From contig JAYWIR010000028.1 in assembly GCA_036172245.1 (NCBI GenBank), forward strand, positions 62,001-126,000: 64,000 nucleotides of DNA, in the 5' to 3' direction. Below the pieces are notes generated by a model. The model was not told the DNA's origin and ran no database searches. It saw only the letters and a program-made list of their open reading frames with translations. Below, piece after piece: positions 1 to 12,917 of the stretch; position 1 is the first letter of the stretch; every line of letters starts with the position of its first letter. Source of the DNA: Raillietiella orientalis. Its lineage: Eukaryota. Both the position numbers and the translations under genes were made by a program.

Positions 1-1804
1 CATTGCTGCAAGTTTTCGATCATTGCTTGCGCCAGTTACTCATTCGATTAATTTTGCAGTGGCTTCCTTGATGAAAAAGTCGACATCCTTTGCCGTGGTC
101 TGTGTTTCTCCTTTTTTTGAAAAAAGAATAAGTAGATGAGGGTTTCTCTAAATGAAAGAGTTCTTGTAAAATGGAATGCTCATCACGGTCAACGTAGAGG
201 GGACGGAGTTTTGCAAAGGAGGAAATGAACGACTTGCCATGCATTCAACCCAATGCATTTTTCAGGTTCATTAATAGCTGTTTCATCTTCAACCCATGTG
301 GCAGCATAAATTCAAGGTTCTGAAAGTAAAAAGGGTTTCTAATCAGAGAAAGTGAACACTCTACGCGTTGATGTCAATTAATTCTCGGTGTGCGTTTGAC
401 TCTATGGAAACACTATTGGTATGTCATTTATCTCTGCTATTATATACATCTCTTTATAGATACACATGCTTACATAGAGTACTAGAAAAAAACGGTCTCC
501 ATAATAAAGCGTGCAGATAAGACACTTGCTAATATTTCCATAAATAAAATCTTTCCTTGTTTCCATATTCCTAAAAGAGCACTAATAACACCATAATATT
601 TATCGGCCTGCATGACCTCTCTTTCCATACGTGCTTGCTTTCTGAGTCGCATGCGAAAATGCCTTCCAGGCATTCTTCCGTGTGAAGAAGCGGTTATTTC
701 TTGAAACTCATGCCTAACGAGTCAAAACTCATCCTGCAGAGTTTATATGCTTTGAACACCCTACGCTCGTCGTGTTCGGTATGATCCCACTGCCTACATA
801 AAATATGAATTGAGTAGAAACTTCATGTTCTTGTGGAATATTCTTGTCGCTTCCATTGAAATGGGGTAAGTCTGCAGCCAACGACACTCTGTCCGCTGCC
901 CATATTGATGGCTTTTGACTTCATCAATCTCACAAGTGTAAGTTTCCTCACAGTTTCTTCAAGTGCAGCCCTTCACTTTAGTCAGCATTATTTGAAATCT
1001 CTCTGTGAATGGCTTCAGTCGTAGATAGACCTCTGGTCAACCGAAATAAAAGCCATACTTTTGAAGGCGCAAAGTGTTTGTAATGAGCAGCTTGAGATAT
1101 CAAATGATGAAAAAGAGGGTTTGGTGTGATGGAGAATTGGTAAAAATTCTCAATAAGAATTGGAAGTAAAGAAGTAGCATGAGACTTTCCGGACAAACTG
1201 GAATCGATGGTTGCGAAAACCATTGTGCAAAAATGATCAAGAGACAAAGGAGTAGCATGTTGTTTCTCTAAAGGAAAGCAGATTGCCAGGAGATTTACGC
1301 GCTAACGTGCTTAGTGAAGGCTTCTTCACCAATTCCTTCGACTTTTTCAAAAAGTTTTTCGAGTACATGTATGTTGTGTTTTGATCGAAGAATAACTATT
1401 GCTCAAATGTTGACTTTTCCACACGCAGGACGGATCCCTTGGTCCGGTTCTTAATTATCAACTGAAATTGATTTTTGGGTTTCTCAAAATTAACAAACTT
1501 GCGATGTCTTCTCCATATAAACTGGAGCAATTTAGAAACTCATCAAAAAGAATGGAGTGCGCAGAGCAAATGCACAATTTCTTAAGCGTCTCACGTGTTT
1601 TAAATTAATGGGATCCCAAAAATTGCCAAATTGAAATTTGCTTTTTTTTTTATTTTTCATACTCAGGTTTCTACAGGGAATAGCTATATATCACACTCTA
1701 TTCTGAGGATGGACTACGTATTTCTCCGAAGATTTTAAGGATTGAATTGGAAAAGTGTAACGTTTGAATATACGTATGGAAACCCTAATAGCAAAATGGA
1801 AAAA

Positions 1805-1843
<39 letters not shown>

Positions 1844-2335
1844 AACAGATTCCTCTACAAATGATTTCTTTGCGTGCATCGTGGGAAAAATCCAGGTTTT
1901 TCGATTTATCAAAAAATTCGTACGTCAGATGTAAGGTACTAGCATCTTCCAGGCATACTCTAAAGTGCCATGAATCATAGCAAGAGATCCAATATGGCTG
2001 AATGAAAATAATTCTTCTCGGTGGTTCTTCTCCTTCTGAATTTCGTGATGAGTATTTTGCTAATTTATTTCACCAACTCAAGGGTGATGTACAAATTGAG
2101 AAGATTACGTACGTTTCTCAGGATGAGGACTTTGTCTTAGCCATGGCCAAGCAGCACTTTTATAAAACACTGCAACACTGCAATGCGTGCGTTAGGAAGA
2201 AGGACGTCTTTGCCTTTTTGAGGAGGCAGTAGGGAATTTGTTTGAGGGCAGCCGTCGAAAACGTGGGCAAAGTTGTACACGCCAAAATCAGTACATTCGG
2301 CCACGCGAAACACGAAACACCCAAGTGGGATGAAC
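1..2335 (-). CDS. Unidentified multi-exon protein-coding gene (partial model; probably continues off the left edge), divergent from EHBP1
   Basis: Phase-compatible minus-strand exons joined by a short intron: 2169-2113 (FYKSAAWPWLRQSPHPEK), 53-nt GT-AG intron 2112-2060, exon 2059-1924 (KYSSRNSEGEEPPRRIIFIQPYWISCYDSWHFRVCLEDASTLHL). Further coding-like segments near 1300-1400 (ILRSKHNIHVLEKLFEKVEGIGEEAFTKH) and 1050-1270. No family recognised; start and downstream exons unresolved. Confidence 0.5.
1807..1841. repeat. Poly(A) homopolymer, 35 nt
   Basis: Read directly; probably intronic in the minus-strand gene. Confidence 0.9.
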
Positions 2336-3199
2336 CTTCAGGTTGTCTGGAGATGCAGTTCGTTCCTGCGGAGTGCACTGACGTGAAAAATGAGCCAAGA
2401 GTATGGATGGGATCGCAGCGATAGGTTTTGCCTTTTTGTTTTCTGTTTTTCGAGTCTGTTCCCCCAAACAGTAAGACTGCAATGAGAGAAATGTTCTCGA
2501 CGGTCAGACGGTAACTTACGTGAAATCAAAAGGGGAAAAATTCACAGCGAAATTGTGCCGTATCACATTGCCAAATGGGCTCCACCGTGTGGACCGTTTG
2601 GAACACTGAAGTGTATGATGTTAAAAGAGCAGTTGCAAATCTTTCGGTAGTAATGACGTTACAAAGTATCCTCAATATTGCTGTAACGAAAGTTTGTGGC
2701 TGAAACACAAAAATATGTCGAAAATATTAGGGCAGCATTTTCAGTACCTACGATTACATTCTCTTATGTTAATATGTTCAAGTCTCATTTCCGGATGGGT
2801 AGAGTTTCGTCAACCCATGGCTAGGGTAAAATAGATTAAATAACGGTGTTAAATAAAGGACAAGATTGCTAATTGTGGCATTTGTTTATGAATCGGATGG
2901 GATAATTTGAAGGCGGTGTTAGTTTTTGATGAATGCTTACGAACTTTCCATGTAGTATTTATCCGAGTAGCAAATTGTTTCGATACGGGATTAACAGCAA
3001 ATACTACGTGCAGCATGGTAGGGAAAAATGATCGGGTAAAATTAAGTTAGTTGTTCAGATTAAGTTATCGGGTCTCGAAGTTCAAACCCCAATAACCTAG
3101 TATTGAAATGACAGGGAACGGAAGTTTTGTTACGTAGCAAACCGTGTAATTTTCCAGACACAACTCGAAATCCCAAAGCCAAGGATGTGAAAATTCATT

Positions 3200-4510
3200 A
3201 TGAGTTCAGTTTGGAAAAGATTGCAACGTGTAAATAAAAGAGCAGCCAAATTTGCGTTTACTGCCTCATATAATGAACTCATCTTGGAATGCAATTCTAA
3301 ATGGTAAGGATTTCTTTGAATAGCAAGTGAAGAATAAATTGGAAGCCTGTTTCGTCCTTGTAAAGCGTAAACTTATTAATTTTTATATAAATTCCACACT
3401 AACTTTATGTAAGTGTGTGTAGCTCTTCCTGTTTCTTGTTAGAAGCATTTAACTGTATAAATAATTGGCAACAAAGTTGAATGGAATTGATTGATTGCAT
3501 GAATTGTTACAGAAAGTTATTTTGCAGGACGCCAAAGCAGATATGTATAGTTTGGACCAGAAGGAATAGGAGAATTGTATCCAGTTGTCATGAGTGGGAA
3601 CCCACCATTAAAAATCCTTATAGAGGTTTGATTGTGTGGGCCACTCCTGAAAACAAAGAAATTACAGTGACTTTATTTCGAGACCCAAGAAACCAAGAAT
3701 TTGAAGATAAAGAATGGACATTCGTGATTGAAGAAGAAAGTATCTGAACATTACATTCTGTTGTTTCACTAACTTAATTTGATTGTGGCAAATGTTTTCA
3801 GTCATTTTTTTAACAAGGGATTCACTTTTTAGATTCTTCCAAATTCAAAATCCCGGAAGATAGCCATAGGTAACATTAATATGAAGCTTTATGCATCCAT
3901 GATTCCAGCACAACATGATATCAGATTGAATCTCAAACCAGTCTTGAAGCATTGTGTATGTGCACAATTTCAGTTAACGTTATCATGCATTTTCATCAGA
4001 GAAGGCAAAGCAACGTATGTTGAACTGCTTGTATATCTCCTTGTGTATTTTGAAAAAAGTTTGCGTATCAAAGTGCGATATCTGCAATGTGGTTGATTGT
4101 CTCTATTTCAGGGAATCATGTATTACTCAAGTCAGACCTCTTGTTTGTTGTTTTCGGTAAACTCAAAAATTGCATGATTAGTGTGACATGTTAACTGCTT
4201 ATTTTCTAAATAGTTTATGTGTTTTGTGTGGATGTAATATCCTGTTTTCAGCCTTCTGCATATGCATAACATTGTGTGAATTACTGTTTGCAATAATAAT
4301 TCCCTACATGCATTGTTTCTTGCAGTGAGCCAAATGAGATACTGCTAAAACATTAACAACATACAAAGTTTGTGATGGATGTTGACGGTTAACTAGCTTT
4401 TAATTTTAGGGATGAGGATATGATATCACTTGCCAGTTTGATGAGCATGAATAATCCTGATGATGTTTCCGATGTGGCACAGCTGAAAGATTTTGAAGAG
4501 GAAGAAGAAG
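3200..4510 (+). other. EHBP1: NT-type C2 domain-coding exons 1-4 of EHBP1
   Basis: Translation [88 protein letters not shown] matches the EHBP1 N-terminal C2 domain. Confidence 0.93.
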
Positions 4511-7500
4511 GTTTGTTTTTGATGTTCTCAACAGGGTAATGCATTTCCTATTGCTGAAGGCATTGTTGTTAAGAAACTTGTTTTCAAGTTTCATTTTTGG
4601 TATGTTCAGCATGCCACTTTCTGGATATTGTAGATGTTTTTTTACTCTTATTGTTTGAATGTTCAAAATGCAGAAGTTTTGATTCCTGTGCTGATGCTTT
4701 TTTGGTTTTTTTCTGTTGGAACTTTGAAGAAGTCCGTTCGATAGCATGTGAATTCTTCCTTGATTGGCAAAAATTTTCATTGTGAATGTGTTCCTTGAAT
4801 GCATCAATTGATGCCTCTTTATTTGGTCTTTTGTAGTTGTTGAGTCACAAGAGACATCTGCTGAAATGGCCAACTTTGCAGAGAAAATGAATCAGTTGAT
4901 AGCTGAATATGAAGAGGACCCTAATAGATCTCAGGATGCAAAAACGTGTCAAAGTAAAATTGAACTGAGGTTTCACTTATGTTCTTTCTTTCTTAAATAT
5001 TCAGCATCTTCTGATAATGGATTCCCCCATGTGGACAGTGGTCCCAGTTCTTCATTGATGTCAGCAGGGGACTTCAACAGTTTAGATTCACAGTACAAAG
5101 GTGTTGAAAATCAGAAAGTTCAAAATGAAGGACCGGAAATATTGGACTTGAGTGATCATCAATGGTACATATTCAGATTGCTTCTGTGATTCCTGGTCTA
5201 TTTATTGTTTTTTCTTCATTGTTGTTGTGCTTTGTATGGATCCCTTCGTATATAATCTTTCTAATACTCACTTATAAACTCAGTTGTTTACCACATTCAA
5301 AATGTGTGACCATTATGCTGCTTTTCCTCTTGGGGAAATGCAAAATTTTTGTAAGGGAGTGATTTTGAAAGGAAGAGTTGTGATTGATGATGTAATGGAA
5401 GAATGGAACAATTTGAGAATGATACTGATAATGTGCGCAATTTCCATATCTTCTTCCCTATCAGATTCCATCAGTTTCACACATAAAATGCAGGTCATCT
5501 TCCGAAAATGCGTGTATTTTGCTTTATTTTGCATTTTGCATTTTCTTTATTTAGTTGCATATAGCATCTATGTTTTGTGGAAAGGTTACCAGAGTGTGCA
5601 TTTCGTTAATGTGGCTTGTAGATTTAGAAGTTGATTGGATGGTGTGGTGTGGCAATCCCATGTTGCTTTTGAACAAGTTCCAGCAGTTTCTGTTTGCATG
5701 TTTCAACTTTTAGGATGCATGTTCCCCCCATTGAATGTGGGTCTCCTTTTGTGTAACGTACGATATATTTTGCATAAAATATTGGTACATAAGGTGTTGC
5801 TGTATGAATTGTTGTTTGCATGTTGCAATTGTGAAAGTTTGTCTTTGAGAAACCGTTTTGTGTTTCAGTCTATTGTTTCATGACGAAGATGAAGATCTCA
5901 CACAGAAGGACTCTTTGCAATCTGAGAATGTTTCCGAAACCAAGGTTAGCATTCTCTTATGGAAAGCAAATCGATTTGCTATAACAAGAACAGTGGTCTC
6001 ATTCCAACATGATATAAGTATTCAGAACTGTAGAAGGATAATGGATTTTTCTAACATTTGCGAGTGGTGTGTATTCTGTCCGAAATTGCAGCCCATGCAA
6101 GGATAGAGGGTGAAATTAGTCTGGCACTTGATATTCGAGAATTTGATTTCTGATGCACAATGCTTCTAATTTGAGGAGAACGTCAAGTTGAGATTTTCCT
6201 AGTTATTCCCCAATGATTCATTCGTTCGGTTTCCCCCCACAAATCAGTTGACTGCTTATTTTTCGTAGTGCTTCAGCATGTCCCGCTTTCTGCTCCTTAA
6301 GTGAATGAATGACAATCCTTGTGCCTGTTGTTTGTTGGTAGATTGGTGTTGCAGCGCATGTTGATATGTGGGATGCTTGATTTTAAAAGGTTGTTTATGC
6401 TATTTCTTATATCCGTCATGCACACTGTCTAGAATTTCAGAGTTTCCCATTGGTGATGCTAAAGAGATCACATGTTTGTTTAGAATTCTGGATATTTCTT
6501 GCAGTTTTTCAATCTGAAAGAAAAGCTGGGAAATGGGAGCATCATCAAATGCTGCTTTAGGGTGAAAATGCAGCAGGTTTAATAGGAGAAGGAAAATTTA
6601 CACGTTCATGAGAAACTCTTGTTCAAGTTTAAAAGAAATTGCCTGAATTTGCTTGCCAGCATGAAAAGCAAAACAGCTATCGGAATGAATAATGGGCAGC
6701 ATACTGAAGTTATGAGGAAAGTTGAAGAAGGTGTAAACATGGATGATTTGGGTTTTTGAAATTTTTGATTCCTGCGATCCAATATTTTGTATTTGAAAGA
6801 ACCATTTGCACGTGATTTCATGTAAAGTGAAGAGTGCAGTCACAGCAGAAATCTTAATTCCAGGAATGAATTGTAAATTCCTAACAGCAGAAGTTTGTAA
6901 TTTTTAGTTTTTTTTTTTTTTTTTTCCACTGTGTGCCTCCAAGATCTGTGTAGCAAAAGTAGTTTCTCCATGTCTTCTCGTTTCGAGTTGGCTGCTTTCC
7001 GAATGTCTTTGTAGCTTACACACACGTTTTAGATGAAGTAATCCAAATTTTCACTTGCATGGTTTTGTTGGGTGTGCCTCAGCATACTTAAATTGATTGA
7101 AACCACTCGTTGTTCCTTTTGACTGAAGTTGGTCTTCACATTGCCTTAATGTTTGACATGGTTTCCCATTTATCTGTGTGATAATTCATGTACTTGAACT
7201 GACATCAGGCGACTTTTGAATGCATCTTAGTTGTTATTTCGTTTCTTGAATACTTTAAACTCACTACCATTCCATCCTTATAAACAGAATGGTTTGAACT
7301 TTGTGTAATAAACTGCACTTTCTATACAGTTTTGTGCTTAGCTGTGCGTTGCTGTTCTGCATGTTTCATTATGGAGGGTTATTTTTGCACTTTCAAGGTG
7401 AATATGAATCATGAGTCTCTTTGTTTCAGCATAGAATTCTTACAATCATGTTGTGCATGTGTTCATTCTCAGAAAATAGGAAGTGATTTTCTTGCATCAG

Positions 7501-10500
7501 ACAGTTTTTAACAAGGCACGGTTGTTTGAGATCACCAATGACATGGCTCCCATGTTGAAACATGCTTGCTTATGTTTCCTTATATTGGCTGCTTAAGGAT
7601 AAACCAGAACTACACTCTGTATGCTTGTGATGGTCAATTACTTCATCAGAAAAACAGTTGGTTTGAATGCTGTGGAAACTTTGCGAAATATGATATCAAT
7701 CTTGCAGCAATCCTTGATGATCCATCACGGAGTATGCATTCTGAATTCATATGCATATATCTAATCACTCAGCATTCATCCGGATACTCATAGCAACTTG
7801 AAATTTAGGAAAAAAGAATTGAAAACAGGGCAGGCAACTCGAGTGTCTGGAGTATCTCTAAATTTTCGAATGTTTAAAGGAAGACTGCTTCATTTTCATG
7901 GAATAGTTTTATCATGTGTACTTCGCTTTTTTTTTCTTTTTGTTTTTACCATTTTGTTCTGTGGTTCCGTGTTTGATTACTGAATGTAGCACAAGCACCT
8001 GCTGATGCATTTCACATGCATCAGTACAGATAGCATAGCTGTGACTTTTGCTTTTTGTTGTAGACTGCATACATTTCGTTCATGGCCTCTTTAGAGTGGT
8101 ACGCCTGGGTGCTGTTTCGAGTCAAGGTTTGCTTTCCTATGCCCGCGTGCAGGCAGTGCGAATCGAGAATGATGTTGAAAGTTGGAAGTCGACAGCTGCG
8201 TTTGTTGTAGCGTGCATAGATAGCGAATGATTGTTTTACCTGAAAAATGTGCAAGCTTGTATTTGTTTAGAATCAACATAACACATCAAGTGAAGATTTG
8301 ATGACTTGGTGCCAAGAAATAACAAACCAATATTCTGGGATTAAAGTGACAAATATGACTACTTCCTGGAGAAACGGTATGGCTTTTTGTGCCATTCTCC
8401 ATCACTTTCGACCTGATCTGATGTGAGTAGGAGTGTCTTTTTGATATCATGAATGCTTCAGTAAATCATGGCAGTGTTTAAATAATTCACAGCTTGATTT
8501 CATGTATATTTGCTTTAGTGATTTTGCAAACTTGCATCCTCATGATATAAAAGGGAACTGTAAAAAGGCATTTGAAGCTGCTGAATCCTTAGGAATTCCC
8601 AAGGTGATCGAACCTTCGGACATGGTTCTGCTTGCCATACCTGATAAATTAGCTGTAATGACTTACCTGCACCAATTGCAAGCCTATTTCACAGGTATGG
8701 ATTAGAAATGTGATGACTGAAGGTACATGGGTACTTGCGATCCTGGTTTAGGAAGGGGACAGTCAAAACAGTCAGCAGAAGATTCATCTTACAGATTGAC
8801 TAACCAGCACTTTAATGAAGATGCTGAAGTTCCTACTGAAGATGCTGGTTCATCTTCGAAGGTGGAAATTAGTGCTCCCAAAGGAATGTTGAAGAATCTG
8901 AAGAAGTTTCCCTGGAAAGCTAAAGACAAAAATCACCTGATGAAATTTAATTTTAAAAAAAGATCTCCTAGTCTTGAGAGTACTCATGCTGAACAGCCGG
9001 CGAATTCTGCAAAAAAGAGCTTAGCTACTTCGATGTCTGTTTCGAACGAATTGATTCATACTTTGTTATCAGGGTCCAGTCGAGAAGTTTCCGACAAGGT
9101 GAAGTTAAGAGTGTTTTTTAGTTTCTGTTGTGTGTTGGGTTGTTGTTTGAGTGAACTAACATATGCTGTTAAGGCACAACTGTTTCACAGTCTGACACTT
9201 TGTTACTTTGGCCTCAGTTACATCAGTTATACTGGGTCATAACAAATGCTATTTGTTGTTTCCCATGCATTATGATTTCTGTTTGACTTGGTGTTCAGTA
9301 TGGTGTAGGAATGGGAAACAGTAGTCAAATTTCAAATTGTCTGCTGAGCTGCAAACCAATTTTTCGTGGCTTTGGTTGCACTGGAAAATGTGGGATGTTG
9401 CCCACAACTGCTATTGCAGGTGGAATTCAAGTCAACATTGTCCAGTTCAATTTACCTGTAGGTAATTGTAAATGAGTTTTGATGCTGATGAAAGGAAATG
9501 AAGAGGTTAAGTCAACACGAGGCAACAACTTAATGATATTGGGATTGCTTGCAAACAATTTGATTGGAAATGTTTTGGATGTATTGATATTAGCATTTGT
9601 TCGTGGTTATCAGTATTATAACAAAAGTGTCTGCTACTAGCTCTAATGTCCCTTCAAAAAATGATACTAGCCTATTTGTTGTGCTAAAGGCAATATACAG
9701 TAGTTGTAATGAAAAATTATTGTGTTTTGATAGGAAGGTTCTCACTCAAACGCCCAGTTTTCAGTCTCTAGGAATAAAATGTCCTTGGAAAATCCTGTTG
9801 AAGAACAGAAAGAATGGTAAGTGCTTTATGTAAGGAACGTGTTTTTCCGTACTTGTGTTGGTTTGGTAAGATGTTACAGTGCCGGAAATTTTTGTGGTGT
9901 GTTTTTTTACCTATTGGGTGTTTATGTGCCTAAGAAAAAGCAAAAAGAAAAGCTATTGTGAATCTCGATTGCCTGGCACCGATAGTGTGGTGTTGTTGAA
10001 AAATAAATAAAGTGTTTAATCGTGTTCTCAAAGATCATTGTTTGATACCGCTTGCAGTTTGCATAATCAAAGCATATTTACAGTGAACGTTGGTAATTAA
10101 ATAATTGAATTTAATTTTGCCTATCTTGTGAATTGTCTGATTTTGTGAATGAGAAATCCCTTGTTTTGAAGAATGAAGGGATCGCTTTTTTTTTCTCGAT
10201 TGACATCGATTGTAAAAAAAGAAAAAATGATTGTGACCCTTTGCGGGGCCAGCGAATGGAAAATAATGCAGCTGATATATCCAAAATATAAAAACCATAC
10301 TCAGACTTTTGTAGAAGCCGTGGAAATAGAAAAAAAAAAAAAAAAAAAAACGTTTTAACTGGTTATGTGGCTTGATTTTATGTGAAAATTCATGTGCCAC
10401 GTCGGACGAAATAGTTTGCAAAAAGTGTGACTTTTGTTTGTGTTTGCAGTTCAAGCTTCAGCCCCAAATCAGGGAGCGTTTCGTACAAGTTTGAAGCACA

Positions 10501-12448
10501 AGATCAAAACAAAAGTAATTACGTAAGTTGAGCTTTTTCAATGTTTCAGCAACTGCATCTTGTGTCGAATTGTTCTTCATTTCACTATTTAGGAGTCGTT
10601 TGCGGTTAACTTTGTTGATTTGTTTTTGCCCCTCCTTTCTCCCGACTTTCTGCAGGATAATTCCGGCGGCGGCGACGTAAATTCCGCAGCGAAGCGTTTC
10701 GCTCACGAAGACGTTAACGAGTCGAAAGCGGAAAGCATTTCAGGTTCTCGTAATCACTTACCGAGTTCTCGAAAGGTATTACGAATCCTTGTACACCGCA
10801 TGTGGTGTTTTGTGTTTTTTTTTTTTTTTGGGGGGGGGGGGAATGGAAATAACATTGCAGCAGTGTTTACTAATCATTTGCCTGCTCCCGCGACTAACGC
10901 TTGTTTTCCACCTTTTCCTCGCAACGCCGCTGCTTTTTCCTGCGCCAAGCGAGGGGGGGGGGGAGCGCCTCTTTTCCCGGATCTTGCAAGAAACCCCTTG
11001 TTTGCCCGCCTGCCTACATGGCTTCTTTTACTAGCATTCGTTTTCATGTGACGATGAGTTGAGAATGCGAGCACGAGAGCTACTAGAACGGTACCGCCTC
11101 GAATATGCTTCGAGCTCACGGCATTGCCAGACCAAGGTATTTACTAACTCGCCGCAGCCCACTCCCGCGGATGGCAATGCCAACTGCTTCTTGAGATTCT
11201 CGCCTTTCCAGAACGAGAGAGAGTGCCAGATTGCCCTGCTGGAAAGGGCCCGAAGGCTGATCGGCAGCAGCAGCAGCAGCTCCAAGCAGCCCGGCGGCGC
11301 CTCGGGGCCTTCTCCCCTGAAGACCGTTCCCGTCTCCAGCCCCGTCTCCAACCCCATCGGTGTTGGTAATTAGTGCAGTCATTTCGATGCTTGCATTTGT
11401 AGATGCATTTATGTGTAATGATCGTTGATCTTTTTTTTTTTTTGTTTTATTTTCATAATCTTATGAAAGGGCTTCATTTTCGGCGTTTTAATCGCATGAA
11501 ACGTAAGTTGATTTTATGTTTACTTCCGTTTTCAATTACGTTTGTTATCCCTCCCCCACCTTGCAAACACACACACACACACACACGCACACGCAAGAGG
11601 GGAAAAAGATTACGTTTCCCATGATCATCTTTCCACTTACCAACGGTGCGCCTTTGAAATGCAGACGAGGCCGTGCTGAAAGACGCCTCTCCCAAGCCAA
11701 CGCACGATGACCGCAGGAACTGTTCGGCCAAGCCGGAAACCCCGGAAAGCCGTGACGACGCTTCCCACTACTTGGAGCGCGAGATGGACATGCTGGAGAA
11801 GGAGCAGATGCAAGTGGACCACCAGGCGTCGGAGCTGGAAAGCGTTTTGCGCAAGGCCATGAAGAACGGTGAGGGGCGGAGTCGGAAGTGATGCGTGGGA
11901 ACGCGCCGCGCGCCCTCCGTGACCTAGGCAACAAGCGCGACGAGGACCGCCTGCTCAAGAAGTGGTTCGTTCTCGTCAACAAGAAGAACGCGTTGATCCG
12001 TAGGCAGATGCAGCTGAACATCATGTGAGTACGAGCCTGCGGCCTCGCGCCGTATGCATCTCCTTCAGCAAGCAGGAAGAAGATCTCGAAAACAGTTTGC
12101 AGCTGCTGAATCGGGAACTCCGCTCTATTCTGGAACTGGAAGGTAGGGGTGCGGCTGCCTGGAGCTGATCCGCAGGACGTGGCGACCTTTGCAGATTGGC
12201 AAAAAAGCGAAGAGCAGGTCGAGCGCGAACATCAGCTGCTCGACAAACTGGTTGAAATCGTCAATAAGAGAGACGAGTTGGTCCACCATCTTCACAACCA
12301 GGAAAGGGCGTGAGTACTCGGTCGATAGGGACAGTGGGCCGTAAGGCGTGCCTCCCTTAGCATCGAGGAAGACAAGCAGATTGAAGAGAGTATCAGCAGT
12401 CCCGAAGTGTTGCACCGGGATGCTGATAAGCAGTGCTCTGTGCAATAA
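3200..12448 (+). CDS. EHBP1: EH domain-binding protein 1 orthologue (NT-C2, CH, bMERB/DUF3585, CaaX); 20 predicted coding exons, ~910 aa
   Basis: Exons: 3200-3303, 3528-3735, 3833-4014, 4410-4510, 4837-4953, 5005-5164, 5869-5944, 8271-8422, 8519-8694, 8752-9098, 9734-9816, 10450-10522, 10656-10775, 11035-11136, 11212-11365, 11665-11868, 11928-12024, 12069-12142, 12195-12309, 12361-12448. All phases are compatible (2733 nt) if intron 2 uses a GA donor. N-terminus [18 protein letters not shown]...[10 protein letters not shown]...[12 protein letters not shown]...[23 protein letters not shown] is the EHBP1 signature; the protein ends CSVQ*. Middle linker exons (4.8-11.4 kb, outside the CH exons) are less certain and extra exons may lie in 5945-8270. 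Confidence 0.95.
8271..8694 (+). other. EHBP1: Calponin homology domain exons of EHBP1
   Basis: [97 protein letters not shown] is a MICAL/EHBP1-type CH domain; GT-AG intron at 8423-8518. Confidence 0.95.
11665..12448 (+). other. EHBP1: bMERB (Rab-binding) domain exons and CaaX box of EHBP1
   Basis: [95 protein letters not shown]; introns of 44-59 nt with GT-AG ends. Confidence 0.93.
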
Positions 12449-12911
12449 CGAAAGCCTTCCGGTGATTCGGAGAAGAGGAAAATCGCTTACGGACATCCCA
12501 CTTCGTCAAGCTCTTGTCGCCACCCTGTGCGCTGACTTCTTGATACCCTTTCTTCCCCGTGACATATCCCCAAGTTACCATATATTTTTTCTGCTTCCTT
12601 CAGTCCGCAACCCCGGTCAGCTGTCTTCGCCGGTCGACTTTTCGCTGGCCGCGCCCCCTGCAGCGCGCTTACACACAAAGGGGGTCGGCAGTCTCAAGGA
12701 AGGAAAATCACCCAAAGATATTGCAGCTCCGCATGGTAATAGCTCTTTGAAATAATAAGTATTCGGTAGTATTACGTGATAGACGTATTGTATTGATAGA
12801 ATTCCTGAATAGTATTGCTGGTATGTGAGATCACAGAGTCTTATTCCTGCCGATGGTTGAACCCATTCGAAATGCACTTCGCCAGAACAGTGGGGTATGA
12901 TTTACCCCTCA

Positions 12912-12917
12912 AATAAA
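12912..12917 (+). promoter_or_regulatory. Candidate polyadenylation signal of EHBP1
   Basis: AATAAA about 460 nt downstream of the stop codon. Confidence 0.4.

Noticed and set aside
2002..2232. Plus-strand 76-aa ORF
   Set aside because: It overlaps better-supported minus-strand exons with proper splice signals, so it is probably a shadow ORF.
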